Below are positions 16,469 through 25,763 of a stretch of 64,000 nt of DNA, piece after piece. The notes under the pieces are model-generated. The model had not been told where the DNA came from and did no database searches. It worked only from the letters and a program-made list of their open reading frames with translations. How positions within the stretch are numbered: the first letter of the stretch is position 1; every line of letters begins with the position of its first letter. The position numbers were made by a program, and so were the translations under genes. Source of the stretch: a virus; IMG/VR virus record IMGVR_UViG_3300025276_000020; one strand, given 5' to 3'.

Positions 16469-17407
16469 ATGACAACATCATTCTCTGCCTTAAAGAAGGC
16501 ACGTACTTCATCTTTCGATAAACTGAATTCTCAGTTACAGAAGATGGGATCACCCAATAACAACAAAGGCGATGATCGCTTCTGGAAACCAGAAGTAGAC
16601 AAAGCTGGCAATGGTTATGCCGTGATTCGCTTTTTACCAGCACCGTCAGGTGAAGATATGCCATTCGTTCGTGCGTGGGACCATGGCTTTCAAGGACCAG
16701 GTGGTTGGTACATTGAAAACTCTCTTACAACTTTAGGTCAAGACGATCCAGTCTCTGAGTACAACTCAAAGCTTTGGAACTCTGGTCATGACGAAGATAA
16801 AGAAACTGCTCGTAAGCAGAAGCGCAGGTTATCATACACTGCTAACATCTATATCGTGAAGGATAGTGCTAACCCATCACGTGAAGGTCAAGTTTATCTT
16901 TATAAGTTTGGTAAGAAAATCTTCGACAAGCTGAACGATGCAATGAATCCTCAGTTTCAAGACGAAGATCCGATCAACCCATTTGACTTTTGGGAAGGTG
17001 CAGATTTCAAATTGAAGATCCGTCAAGTAGAAGGCTATCGTAACTACGATAAGTCTGAGTTTGACTCGATTTCTCCTATCAGTGATTCATCTGGTACAGC
17101 GTTATCAGACGAAGCCATGGAAGAAAATTGGAATAAGCAACATTCTCTAGCAGATATTGTCGATCCTAAAAACTTCAAGTCTTATAATGAACTGAAAGCT
17201 AAATTGTATAAGGTTCTAGGTCTTGATGGCAGTAAACACGCACCCACAACAACTGCTGAGGACGATAGTACGGGTATGAACTTTGCTCCTAACTTTAAAG
17301 AGCGTGAAGCTCCTGAAGTGAGCGAGGCTTCATCCCCAACTCTTGCGAGTGACGACGGAGACGGAGAGTCTCTAGATTTCTTCAAGAGTCTAGCTGAAGA
17401 TAGTTAA
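16469..17407 (+). CDS. 32: single-stranded DNA-binding protein gp32
   Basis: DDRFWKP, GNGYAVIRFLPAP, WYIENSLTT, FGKKIFDK, NPFDFWEGADFKLK, NYDKSEF; acidic tail. Confidence 0.97.
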   Translation: MTTSFSALKKARTSSFDKLNSQLQKMGSPNNNKGDDRFWKPEVDKAGNGYAVIRFLPAPSGEDMPFVRAWDHGFQGPGGWYIENSLTTLGQDDPVSEYNSKLWNSGHDEDKETARKQKRRLSYTANIYIVKDSANPSREGQVYLYKFGKKIFDKLNDAMNPQFQDEDPINPFDFWEGADFKLKIRQVEGYRNYDKSEFDSISPISDSSGTALSDEAMEENWNKQHSLADIVDPKNFKSYNELKAKLYKVLGLDGSKHAPTTTAEDDSTGMNFAPNFKEREAPEVSEASSPTLASDDGDGESLDFFKSLAEDS

Positions 17408-17425
17408 GCTATCTAGTTAGGGGAG

Positions 17426-17462
17426 AAAGGCGGCTTACATGGATGTGAGTCGCCTTTTTTTT
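17426..17462 (+). terminator. intrinsic terminator between convergent genes
   Basis: AAAGGCGGCTTACAT-GG-ATGTGAGTCGCCTTTTTT inverted repeat plus T-run. Confidence 0.85.
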
Positions 17463-17483
17463 GTTTAAGAATTGGGATTCTAA

Positions 17484-19259
17484 TTAGAAGCCCATGGCGT
17501 TTGATAGATTACCAGGCATTCCTAATGTCGTGTTTTGATTTCTCACATTAACGTTATTTACAGGTGCAATAACAGGTGCGGCAACACTCACTTGAGAGCC
17601 TTTAGAATCTGCTCTGCCCATGGCGTCTGCTTCTACAGCAAGAGCGGTTATCGCATCTCCCCTACTAGAGGCTGCGCCCGGCAACAATTCACCTGTCTTT
17701 GCGTCTAATCCTGCATATGTATACACTGAGTTTGGTATCGCTTTCGCAACGAGGCGGGAGGGATCATACCATGCTCTATCTGAGTCAGGATCAGGCAATA
17801 TCATTCGTAAAATACTTTTGATGAAGTTTTCACCCATCTCACCTGCACCCTTTGCGATGCCCATTACAGTACCACCTGGATCAGTAAACATTTTCTTAAA
17901 GAAGTTTTTAACTGCTTCCCATGCAGGATCGACTAATGCAGTAAGACTGAAGCTTTTAAGTGTCTCAGCGATACCGTCAAAACCTAGTTTCTCCATCAAC
18001 CAAGCAGGGAGCTTGATAAAGATTAGATCGATTGCTTCAGTGAAGCCTTTGATAATTCCTTTAATACCACCTTCTATACCAGCTTTAAGCTTATCGCCAA
18101 AACTACCATCTTCGCTAGTGAAGCCTTGATAGAATCCAGTAACAAAGTCGATGATGCTTAACAGTACTTGCGTGAATGGTCTCATAACTGTCTTAAGAAT
18201 GATCTCGAAAGGCGCAAGTAGAGGCTTAAGAAACCCGCCAACTTTGCCTAAGAATCCTAATATACCGCCACCGTCAATGGCACCGAATGCTGTCTTCACG
18301 CTATCTGTTATACCAGCTAAGCCTACAGGCATAGTTAATTTAATTCTAGGTATTCCATCGAAGAACTTTCCGACACCATCCTTAATACTAGTAAGTTTAT
18401 CTCCAAATGCTGTAGCTGGTCCAGCAAACTTCTCAGTCATTCCCAACTTGACTCCATCGAAGAATCCATTGATACTGTTCTTAATCGCAGTTATCTTTCC
18501 ACCGAATGCTTCTATTGGGCTTGCAAACTTCTCAGTCATTCCTAGCTTAATTCCATCAAAGAATGTGTTAGCGGCTGTTTTAATGCCAGTTATCTTTCCA
18601 CCAAATGCTTCGGCAGCCATAGTCCATTTCGTGTTTATACTAGCCTGTATGCTGTCAAAGAATGCGTTAGTTCCAGTTTTGATTAAATCTATTTTAGGAC
18701 CAACAGATATGCTGAGTTTAGTTTTGGTAAAATCATACGGCATACCCTTAGCATCTACAAATGATATTTTAGGTATATCGGGGAATCTAGGTTTAAAGGC
18801 TTTAACTTTTTTCCCGAACTCTTCAATGCGAATGCCCATGTAAACAATCTCATCAGTAAATTTTGTCCAACCCATGTTGAAAGTTTTGAACTTTCCTGGT
18901 AGCGCCATAGCTTTAATAGCCGCATCGAATCCAGTCAAAGATGCGGCAATTGCCACAATTCCAGATCCTAAACCCATCATTCCCATACCCATACCGCCGG
19001 ATCCACCATCTCCGCCATCCATACCTTTACTAGCAACTGATTCTGTTACAGCTTGCTTAGTAATTTTAGCCGTTGCTTTTGATTGAGCTAGATTGGCAGC
19101 CATTTGAGCTTTTCTTGCGGCATTAGCCGTCAGGTCAAAAGTAGCTTGTAGTATCTTAGTCTGGTTATCCATAGAATCACGCATAGACTTCAGATGTGGT
19201 GCTATCTGGTCTGTAGTGTCACTTGATAAATTGACTGTGGGCAGAGACGTGGTTGCCAT
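17484..19259 (-). CDS. tail length determinator / baseplate hub gp29-like
   Basis: Ala/Gly-rich amphipathic protein with 33-aa repeats, APV..NN.N C-terminus; downstream of 26 and 51. Confidence 0.65.
   Translation of the reverse strand: MATTSLPTVNLSSDTTDQIAPHLKSMRDSMDNQTKILQATFDLTANAARKAQMAANLAQSKATAKITKQAVTESVASKGMDGGDGGSGGMGMGMMGLGSGIVAIAASLTGFDAAIKAMALPGKFKTFNMGWTKFTDEIVYMGIRIEEFGKKVKAFKPRFPDIPKISFVDAKGMPYDFTKTKLSISVGPKIDLIKTGTNAFFDSIQASINTKWTMAAEAFGGKITGIKTAANTFFDGIKLGMTEKFASPIEAFGGKITAIKNSINGFFDGVKLGMTEKFAGPATAFGDKLTSIKDGVGKFFDGIPRIKLTMPVGLAGITDSVKTAFGAIDGGGILGFLGKVGGFLKPLLAPFEIILKTVMRPFTQVLLSIIDFVTGFYQGFTSEDGSFGDKLKAGIEGGIKGIIKGFTEAIDLIFIKLPAWLMEKLGFDGIAETLKSFSLTALVDPAWEAVKNFFKKMFTDPGGTVMGIAKGAGEMGENFIKSILRMILPDPDSDRAWYDPSRLVAKAIPNSVYTYAGLDAKTGELLPGAASSRGDAITALAVEADAMGRADSKGSQVSVAAPVIAPVNNVNVRNQNTTLGMPGNLSNAMGF
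18345..18695 (-). repeat. ~3.5 x 99-nt (33-aa) tandem coding repeat
   Basis: KIT.IK....FFDG.KLGMTEKFA....AFG; GCAAACTTCTCAGTCATTCC occurs at 18424 and 18523. Confidence 0.85.
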
Positions 19260-19269
19260 TTAAACTATC

Positions 19270-19596
19270 CTATTGAGACTTATTTGAGTAAGCTTGAGTT
19301 GTGTAAAATGCCGCAACGATAGCCGCTACTGACACAAAGTACGTTGGTGCGATATCGCCCAATGTTTTAGATGCCTGATCTAGTCCCATAAGAACGGCAA
19401 GTACTACTGCAAACGGGTATAAGAGCATGCCGAATAGTGCAAACCAAGCCATGTTACGCTGTGCGTCTTCACGCTTATCAGCATTTTCGATTTGTATCAT
19501 TCGTTCGTGTTTAGATAGCTCTTCGTTTGATACGATTCCATCACCGTCTAGATCAGCGTCATTTAACATGCTGTCTACTGGTAGTTTTTTAGCCAT
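19270..19596 (-). CDS. EF-hand plus two-TM protein (holin-like?)
   Basis: DLDGDGIVSNEE EF-hand loop; two hydrophobic helices. Confidence 0.65.
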   Translation of the reverse strand: MAKKLPVDSMLNDADLDGDGIVSNEELSKHERMIQIENADKREDAQRNMAWFALFGMLLYPFAVVLAVLMGLDQASKTLGDIAPTYFVSVAAIVAAFYTTQAYSNKSQ

Positions 19597-19605
19597 GTCT
19601 TTCTC

Positions 19606-19773
19606 CTAGCTTTGTTGTTGATTCGTTGTTTCTATAAAGTCCACTAACATATCCATATAAAGATCACGCTCATACGGTATTAAGTTTTCTATATCACTTA
19701 TACTATATTTATGATGTTGAGCCACTGCGAAGATATTTTTATAGTATGCCATAAGGTTATTATGGCTCAACAT
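19606..19773 (-). CDS. 51: baseplate hub assembly catalyst gp51-like (55 aa, not in ORF track)
   Basis: MLSHNNLMAYYKNIFAVAQHHKYSISDIENLIPYERDLYMDML...; TAATG coupling to gp26. Confidence 0.8.
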   Translation of the reverse strand: MLSHNNLMAYYKNIFAVAQHHKYSISDIENLIPYERDLYMDMLVDFIETTNQQQS

Positions 19774-20486
19774 TATGTAAAAAAAGAGTCCATACCCTCC
19801 ACAACAAATTCTTTATCCTTATCATTCTTATCTTTATACTGGATCGTGTGCGTAAGCTTAGGCATAGTGTCAAAGAATGTCTTAATATCTCCAATAACAG
19901 CGCCATTAAATCCATCTACGAAATCACTAATTTCAACTTTACTGAAGTCTTCTAGCTTGAATATCTCATCAGTATTATTATCCACCAATATATCAATACA
20001 TCCAGTCATAGTCGAGAACATTTGATCGGTCTGAGAAAGATTATCATCAACCTCTTGTAACATTTTAACTTCGGATAAAGTTGGATATTTCATCATAATA
20101 TGGTATTGATCATTCAGTACAATTTTCTTGTTATGACCCTCAGGAGTCTTTACGCTAATGTCATTTATGTCAATTTCGACATTCACATTCTCTTCAGTTT
20201 CTTCGTCTACGAATCCAAACTTCATCATATTGTCTACTGACTTGCCACGAATCATTAGAATAAGATACTCTAAATCAAATGTAGCAAGCTTATCTACGTC
20301 AACGCCTGTTGTACAGTTGTTAATGATCTGTTTTACTGCTAGAAAGATTTGATTCTGATCTTCTGATTCTTGTGCTATCAGAAGAATTTTCTCTTCTTTA
20401 ACCGTAAATGGTCGAAATTTTGCCTTTTTGTCTGTAGACGGAACAGTAACCTCAAATAAAGGTTGGTCAATTTTAGGTAAACCCAT
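19773..20486 (-). CDS. 26: baseplate hub subunit gp26
   Basis: LPKI..P, FRPFTVKEEKILL.AQE, FDLEYL...IR.KSV, MKYPT, FF.TMPKL. Confidence 0.9.
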   Translation of the reverse strand: MGLPKIDQPLFEVTVPSTDKKAKFRPFTVKEEKILLIAQESEDQNQIFLAVKQIINNCTTGVDVDKLATFDLEYLILMIRGKSVDNMMKFGFVDEETEENVNVEIDINDISVKTPEGHNKKIVLNDQYHIMMKYPTLSEVKMLQEVDDNLSQTDQMFSTMTGCIDILVDNNTDEIFKLEDFSKVEISDFVDGFNGAVIGDIKTFFDTMPKLTHTIQYKDKNDKDKEFVVEGMDSFFT

Positions 20487-20515
20487 AGTGTTATACTCCT
20501 ATTGTATAGTAATAA

Positions 20516-21256
20516 TTAAAAAGATTTCAAAATAGTAGAGACATTAGATGCTTGGTTAATAGCATCTTGAATGCTTCTAGGTCGCTTCAATCCTCGAATC
20601 GCTTGTGTGAAAGTATTTATTGTAGATAGATAGCTTAATAATCCATTAACTCCACCTCTGCCATCTATCATAGAACCTGTGTCTGCGCCTGTAACTTTAA
20701 TTTCATCGTATGTGAATCCTACAGGCAGTGTCATTATCTCAGTGTTTCCCCAAGATTCTGTTACATTACCCACTTGAACTGGGTATGCGCCACTCATCGT
20801 GTATGTGTATGTGATACTTTCTGACGCATAAGAATATACTACAACCTCTACAGTAGAGGCATAATCAGACTTGTATCCTAATTCGTACGGTAGTTGTCCG
20901 TCAACTGCTGACATTGGTCCACCAGACGTGTCGTAGTTAATCTGCAACTGCATCCATCTGTGAAAGAATTTCATAATTTCGAAATTGCTATCTACCATAA
21001 AAACTGTAGGCAGAATAGGAAATAACATAGAAGTTGGTCGTCTAGTAGTCGCACCAAATCCTTGAACTTGATAATCAGTTGTTACTACGTCAAACTCTGG
21101 AAGTGTAACAGTTCGGCAGAAGAAGCGTAGATCAGGAATAATACCCTCATCGTTTCTTAGGGATTTAGGGGGTGTTATATTGACCATAAACAGGTTATCT
21201 TTAGCTAAACCGTGTCTACTAATAGTTGAATTAAATTCTTGAATGTTAAACGCCAT
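20516..21256 (-). CDS. 54: baseplate tail-tube initiator gp54-like (gp19 fold)
   Basis: N.F.V.I.PP, FC..VTLP, FF..W, AYP.QVG, L.V.F.Y tube-fold motifs. Confidence 0.7.
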   Translation of the reverse strand: MAFNIQEFNSTISRHGLAKDNLFMVNITPPKSLRNDEGIIPDLRFFCRTVTLPEFDVVTTDYQVQGFGATTRRPTSMLFPILPTVFMVDSNFEIMKFFHRWMQLQINYDTSGGPMSAVDGQLPYELGYKSDYASTVEVVVYSYASESITYTYTMSGAYPVQVGNVTESWGNTEIMTLPVGFTYDEIKVTGADTGSMIDGRGGVNGLLSYLSTINTFTQAIRGLKRPRSIQDAINQASNVSTILKSF

Positions 21257-21260
21257 TGCC

Positions 21261-21851
21261 TTATCCTATTTTTCTTTTTGAGTCTGACCAGACTTGAGTC
21301 TTCGATGCACCCTGGAATCTTTCTAGTGGTAAGAACAGTGCAACGTCCCATTCTGAGGGATATATGTACATGAACTTGCTACGTACCTGTGTAGTAAGAT
21401 AGCGTTTAATGCATGGTTGAAATTCTTTATACTTAGCCGCACTCTCTAACATCTGATAGCTAATTTTAAGTCTAGTAGACTCATCAAATCGAGTGTTGCT
21501 TGCCGTGTCATATAGTGCGTCCATCAACTTAGCACGTAATGGCAAAGGAAGATAGTGCATATTTAATCCGTAGAACCCACCCTTTACTTTCTTAAAAGGA
21601 AATACTAACGGGAATCTATCAAAATATGGTAGAGTTGCTTTACCCTTTGCGTCATAATAATACATGTACATCTGTCCAACGAGAGGTCTAGCTGTTAAAC
21701 GATCTGCATCGCCTTTTAACAGTTTACCATCGTTGATTCTCTTATAGTCACTAGCACTTTTTCTATACCAGTCACGTGCCTTTGCTGTACGAGCTGGTAT
21801 TTGTCCAGCCCGAACACCTTTGGTGAGAATTTCGTCAAACAGAATTGCCAT
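21261..21851 (-). CDS. 2: DNA end protector protein gp2
   Basis: YDAKGK.TLPYFDRFPL, GLNMHYLP..LR, CIKRYL, W..ALFLP. Confidence 0.92.
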   Translation of the reverse strand: MAILFDEILTKGVRAGQIPARTAKARDWYRKSASDYKRINDGKLLKGDADRLTARPLVGQMYMYYYDAKGKATLPYFDRFPLVFPFKKVKGGFYGLNMHYLPLPLRAKLMDALYDTASNTRFDESTRLKISYQMLESAAKYKEFQPCIKRYLTTQVRSKFMYIYPSEWDVALFLPLERFQGASKTQVWSDSKRKIG

Positions 21852-22279
21852 TAGAGTACAACCACACCTTCGTTAATTAAACGCTCACGGTTGACTAGGT
21901 GAGCCGCATCGACATCATCTTTACTACCACCAAAATATGCAACAGCATGACCCTCATCAATAAGAACCTCTGTTACTTTACGACCATCTTCTAGTATAAA
22001 ATCGCCTAGAATACGACCAAATTTGCCCTTCATGTCTTCGCCCTTCTTAGACACTTGAGTCTTTAGAATAGAGCCATTCTTTAATAATTCTTTTAGCTTG
22101 GCTTTAGACGCTAGACCGAACTTCTTCTCGACTTTATCACGTGTCCGTGACTCAGGAGTATCGATGCCCATAATTCTAACACGCTCTTTTCTCAGCCAAA
22201 CGCCAAACCCTAGATCGATGTCTACATCTACTGTATCACCGTCTATTACTCTTACTACTTTACATTTATATTCATACAT
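21851..22279 (-). CDS. thermonuclease (SNase)-like nuclease
   Basis: VIDGDTVD, RVRIMGIDTPESRT, GKFGRILG. Confidence 0.88.
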   Translation of the reverse strand: MYEYKCKVVRVIDGDTVDVDIDLGFGVWLRKERVRIMGIDTPESRTRDKVEKKFGLASKAKLKELLKNGSILKTQVSKKGEDMKGKFGRILGDFILEDGRKVTEVLIDEGHAVAYFGGSKDDVDAAHLVNRERLINEGVVVL

Positions 22280-22299
22280 ATTGTTGTCCTTTAACTTAA

Positions 22300-22743
22300 T
22301 TATTTTATCCCTAAATGATCTTCATGCATTATCTGCCAGATGAATCCATGATCTTTACAATACTCTTCTGCCGCCGCCCATTTCGCTTGGTTAACACCCC
22401 AAGTCTTTACTTCATTAATATATCTTTTAGTAGGCTTCTTACCTCTCTGAACTGTGGGTGGTACAGTTTGATACTTAGGTTTGACTTCTATTAAAATCTT
22501 TTCTTTCTTCTTACTTCTATTTATCTGTTCCACATAGAAGTCTGGGAAATATCTGTGCCATCTCCCATCAATAGGACTTTTATACGGTATAACAATTTCT
22601 TCACTACACCACTTAATAACGTGTGGATGTTTGTCTAAATAAGACATAAGCTTCAATTCCCAATGCGATCTGTAAATCACATTAGTTGGATCACCTAGAT
22701 ACTTATTTGGATTTCTAGGTCTAAAACTTCCCTGATACGCCAT
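22300..22743 (-). CDS. 4: head completion nuclease gp4
   Basis: KYLGDPTNVIYRS.WE, SEE..IPY.SP.D, YFPDF, IEVKP, N.AKW.AA. Confidence 0.93.
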   Translation of the reverse strand: MAYQGSFRPRNPNKYLGDPTNVIYRSHWELKLMSYLDKHPHVIKWCSEEIVIPYKSPIDGRWHRYFPDFYVEQINRSKKKEKILIEVKPKYQTVPPTVQRGKKPTKRYINEVKTWGVNQAKWAAAEEYCKDHGFIWQIMHEDHLGIK

Positions 22744-22752
22744 CTGATCTCA

Positions 22753-22788
22753 TATAAATAATTGTAGTTGTATTAACTAATATTTATA
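22753..22788. promoter_or_regulatory. face-to-face T4 late promoters for genes 48 and 4
   Basis: TATAAATA (+) 22753-22760 and TATTTATA (-) 22781-22788. Confidence 0.75.
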
Positions 22789-22801
22789 AAGGTCGAAAAC
22801 C

Positions 22802-23869
22802 ATGTCTACAGGCAGAATAACACCAGCGGAAACTGTAATAGATCAGAGAATGAAGAAGCGTAATAGCTCTACTCTGACTTTCCCGCACACGCTTGGTCAC
22901 CATGCCATGATATTTAACTTTAAAGAGTATAGCTACGGCAATTCTGCTCACGCTACAGTAGTAAATACCGAGAGCATCGTTTTACCTTTGCCTAAAAATC
23001 TTCAAGACAATATGAATATCAAAGTCGGCGCTGATGAGATTGGAGTAGCTGGATCAATGGCAGCAAATGCCGCTAAAGGCATGAAGAATATTGGCGGTAT
23101 AGGAGGGTTAGCGACAAAGATATCAGGTATGTTTAATACGACTCTAGATGCGGCTAAAGGAGCGTCTGCGGCTGATATTAATGTCGCAAATGCACAAGCA
23201 GTTGTATCAGGAGCGACAGACACTGCCTTATTTCTTGCGAGTGCAGGACTAGGTGCTATCGGACCAGACCTTGCGAAAGGTATTGGAGCAGGAACAGGAA
23301 CTGCTGTTAACCCGTATGCAACATTAGTATTCAGCGGAGTCGATCTAAAAGTACACACATTCGAATGGACATTATCACCTGATAGTCCTGAAGAAGCAGA
23401 TACGTTAAGACGAATTATTGGCACTATTCAAAATCAGATCACTCCCGAGATGTCTGGAGTTGGTGGAGTTAAAGTAGAAGAATCTCTTAGTTCTGTAGGA
23501 GAGACTACACTATCAAGAGGTCTATTAAAATATCCTTCGATGGTTGATTGCTTCTTTTACGGTATTGATAGCAATTTCTTCTATAAAATGAAGACGTGTA
23601 TGATCAGTCAGTTTAATGTTGACTATGCACCTAACGGTATTGCATTAAATAGAGGTGGTAAGCCAAGCGCAGTGAGAATTAATATGGTTATGACAGAGGC
23701 AGCTATTCATACGAAAGCTGACTACGGTGCTGAACTGTTTCTACCACCTGCTGTAGCAGAAGAAGAGAGCGAAGAGACCGCAACAAACGAGACACAAGAC
23801 GGATCAGGAGATAAATTAGACAGCAATGGTGTTCCGATACCTGCAAATCAAGGAGGAGCAACACCATGA
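22802..23869 (+). CDS. 48: baseplate tail-tube cap gp48
   Basis: IVLPLP..LQD, NPY..LVFSGV....HTFEW.L.P, V.Y.PNG motifs; position before gp53. Confidence 0.8.
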   Translation: MSTGRITPAETVIDQRMKKRNSSTLTFPHTLGHHAMIFNFKEYSYGNSAHATVVNTESIVLPLPKNLQDNMNIKVGADEIGVAGSMAANAAKGMKNIGGIGGLATKISGMFNTTLDAAKGASAADINVANAQAVVSGATDTALFLASAGLGAIGPDLAKGIGAGTGTAVNPYATLVFSGVDLKVHTFEWTLSPDSPEEADTLRRIIGTIQNQITPEMSGVGGVKVEESLSSVGETTLSRGLLKYPSMVDCFFYGIDSNFFYKMKTCMISQFNVDYAPNGIALNRGGKPSAVRINMVMTEAAIHTKADYGAELFLPPAVAEEESEETATNETQDGSGDKLDSNGVPIPANQGGATP

Positions 23870-24414
23870 GTTACTTCAGCAAATTCCCGCTAGTATTAAG
23901 AGATAAAGAATATGTGGTCGATATCACGAGAAGAGCAAAGCTATCAGACTCTATCGCTAACACGAATTATCTTCCCTACACAGTTAAAGAAGGCATGAGA
24001 CCAGAAGATGTTGCCTACTTATACTATGGAGATGCAGAGTTAGCATGGTTGGTGCTATTAGCTAATAATATACTTGATCCATATACTCAATGGCCTAAGT
24101 CACAAGCCAATTTAGACGCATTTATTATAAAAGAATACGCTACACAATCAGGTACAACTAATGAAGCAGTCCTCACGTGGGCACAGAACACATCATTAAC
24201 AAATAATATCAAATACTATAAGAGTAAATACGTACCTGAAATACAAATCAATCACGCAACATACTCAGCTAATCCAACGTCAGAATGGTTACCAGTAAGA
24301 GTATATGACTACGAGTTCGAATTAAATGAGAAGCGTAGAATCATATCACTATTTAATGCGAACTATGTCGGTGAGATAGGTAAGTTGCTAGAGAAGAGAT
24401 TAAATGGAAAGTAA
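23866..24414 (+). CDS. 53: baseplate wedge gp53
   Basis: YFSKFP, RPEDVAY.YYG....WLVLLANNI.DP..QWP, YE..LNEKRR.I. Confidence 0.92.
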   Translation: MSYFSKFPLVLRDKEYVVDITRRAKLSDSIANTNYLPYTVKEGMRPEDVAYLYYGDAELAWLVLLANNILDPYTQWPKSQANLDAFIIKEYATQSGTTNEAVLTWAQNTSLTNNIKYYKSKYVPEIQINHATYSANPTSEWLPVRVYDYEFELNEKRRIISLFNANYVGEIGKLLEKRLNGK

Positions 24415-25762
24415 TAATGTAAATGTCGCTGAAGCAGGTTACTATGAACTGATCAGCTTTAAGATACGCACACTCAAATCAAAGCCAGATGAGGGTATTG
24501 AATTAAATCAAATCGTCACTAACTGGCTTATAACTGAAGGTATCGATAGTCCTAATATAATGGGATCGTGTATCGTAGTAGACTCAGAAGGACTCTTAAG
24601 AAAACTTCCTATATTAGGCGAAGAATACATTACTATCGAATATAAAGACTTCTTTGGTAAGACAAGCAAGAAAGAATTCTATTGCTTCTCGGTACGTGAC
24701 GTTAAACCCTATGATGAGAGCAAAGATAACCTATTGAGCTACAGCTTAGACTTCACATCAATCGAGAACTTCAACGCTAATCAACAAGAAGTCGCTAAAT
24801 CATACAGTAATATGCTTGTATCAGATATGGTAAAGAATGTCTATGAGGAATTCTTTCTTAGACAAGAGAACACCTCTAGTGCAAAGCCGATTGAAATCGA
24901 ACCTACAGTAGGCAACCAATCGTTCTGTATCCCAACGCTGTCGCCCGCCAGAGCGATAGACTTCCTCGCCAGAAGAGCATACGGCGGTGATAAGTCAACA
25001 AACAATTATAAGTTCTTTGAGACAAGAGAAAGCTTTTATTTCTGTACACCTAACTACCTGGCTGAGAAGTATAAGGACATGACATCAACACCTCAGGCGA
25101 TAAGTGATAATAATCTTTTATTTAATACAAATAAGGTGTATGATAACAATACTCCCGAAGGACAACTCTCGGCACAACAAACAATCATGCAGATGAGCTA
25201 TGGTAATCCCACTAATACTATAGAAGAGATAGGATCAGGTCAATATAAGAGATCAGTATTCGAAGTAGATATATTAAATAGAACCACATCAAGAACAGCA
25301 TTCGATTATAGAGAGTATGCAGACAGAAACAATCTAGGTGATATCAAGATCAATCATAGCGAAGACTTTATTAGCGATAAAATGCCTCGTATTGCAGAGA
25401 CATTCGTTATAAAGGACTATAATACACCTGGTCAGATAGAGAGAAGCGATAGAAGTTATCCCTTTTACGCAGAGGTAATTAATTCACGCAGGGTATTTAA
25501 TTCTCACCTTGCTAAGTATGCAATTAATTGCGGCATAAACGGTCGAATTGCACTGGTTCCAGGAATGGTTATATTTATAATGGTTGATCGAATCGAAGTG
25601 GCTAAGAATCCACAGGCAGACAAAGAGCGAGACGGCTTCTATATGATCACAAACATAACGAATGTACACGAAGACGATAACTATATGCAGATGATAACGA
25701 TGACCAAAGGCGGTCTATCACAGTCCTATGATAGAGTCTTGTTCAGTGAGGGAGGAGAATAG
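24404..25762 (+). CDS. baseplate hub protein (gp27-like)
   Basis: Position between 53 and 5; LPILGEE, FFET...F.F, G.Y.IT...H motifs. Confidence 0.65.
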   Translation: MESNNVNVAEAGYYELISFKIRTLKSKPDEGIELNQIVTNWLITEGIDSPNIMGSCIVVDSEGLLRKLPILGEEYITIEYKDFFGKTSKKEFYCFSVRDVKPYDESKDNLLSYSLDFTSIENFNANQQEVAKSYSNMLVSDMVKNVYEEFFLRQENTSSAKPIEIEPTVGNQSFCIPTLSPARAIDFLARRAYGGDKSTNNYKFFETRESFYFCTPNYLAEKYKDMTSTPQAISDNNLLFNTNKVYDNNTPEGQLSAQQTIMQMSYGNPTNTIEEIGSGQYKRSVFEVDILNRTTSRTAFDYREYADRNNLGDIKINHSEDFISDKMPRIAETFVIKDYNTPGQIERSDRSYPFYAEVINSRRVFNSHLAKYAINCGINGRIALVPGMVIFIMVDRIEVAKNPQADKERDGFYMITNITNVHEDDNYMQMITMTKGGLSQSYDRVLFSEGGE

Positions 25763-25763
25763 T

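Noticed and set aside
17620-19086. Long plus-strand ORFs (169, 230 and 70 aa)
   Set aside because: Antisense shadows of the gp29-like gene, with no SD or motifs.
19711-20025. 104-aa plus-strand ORF
   Set aside because: Antisense to gp26 and the gp51-like gene, which have recognisable motifs.
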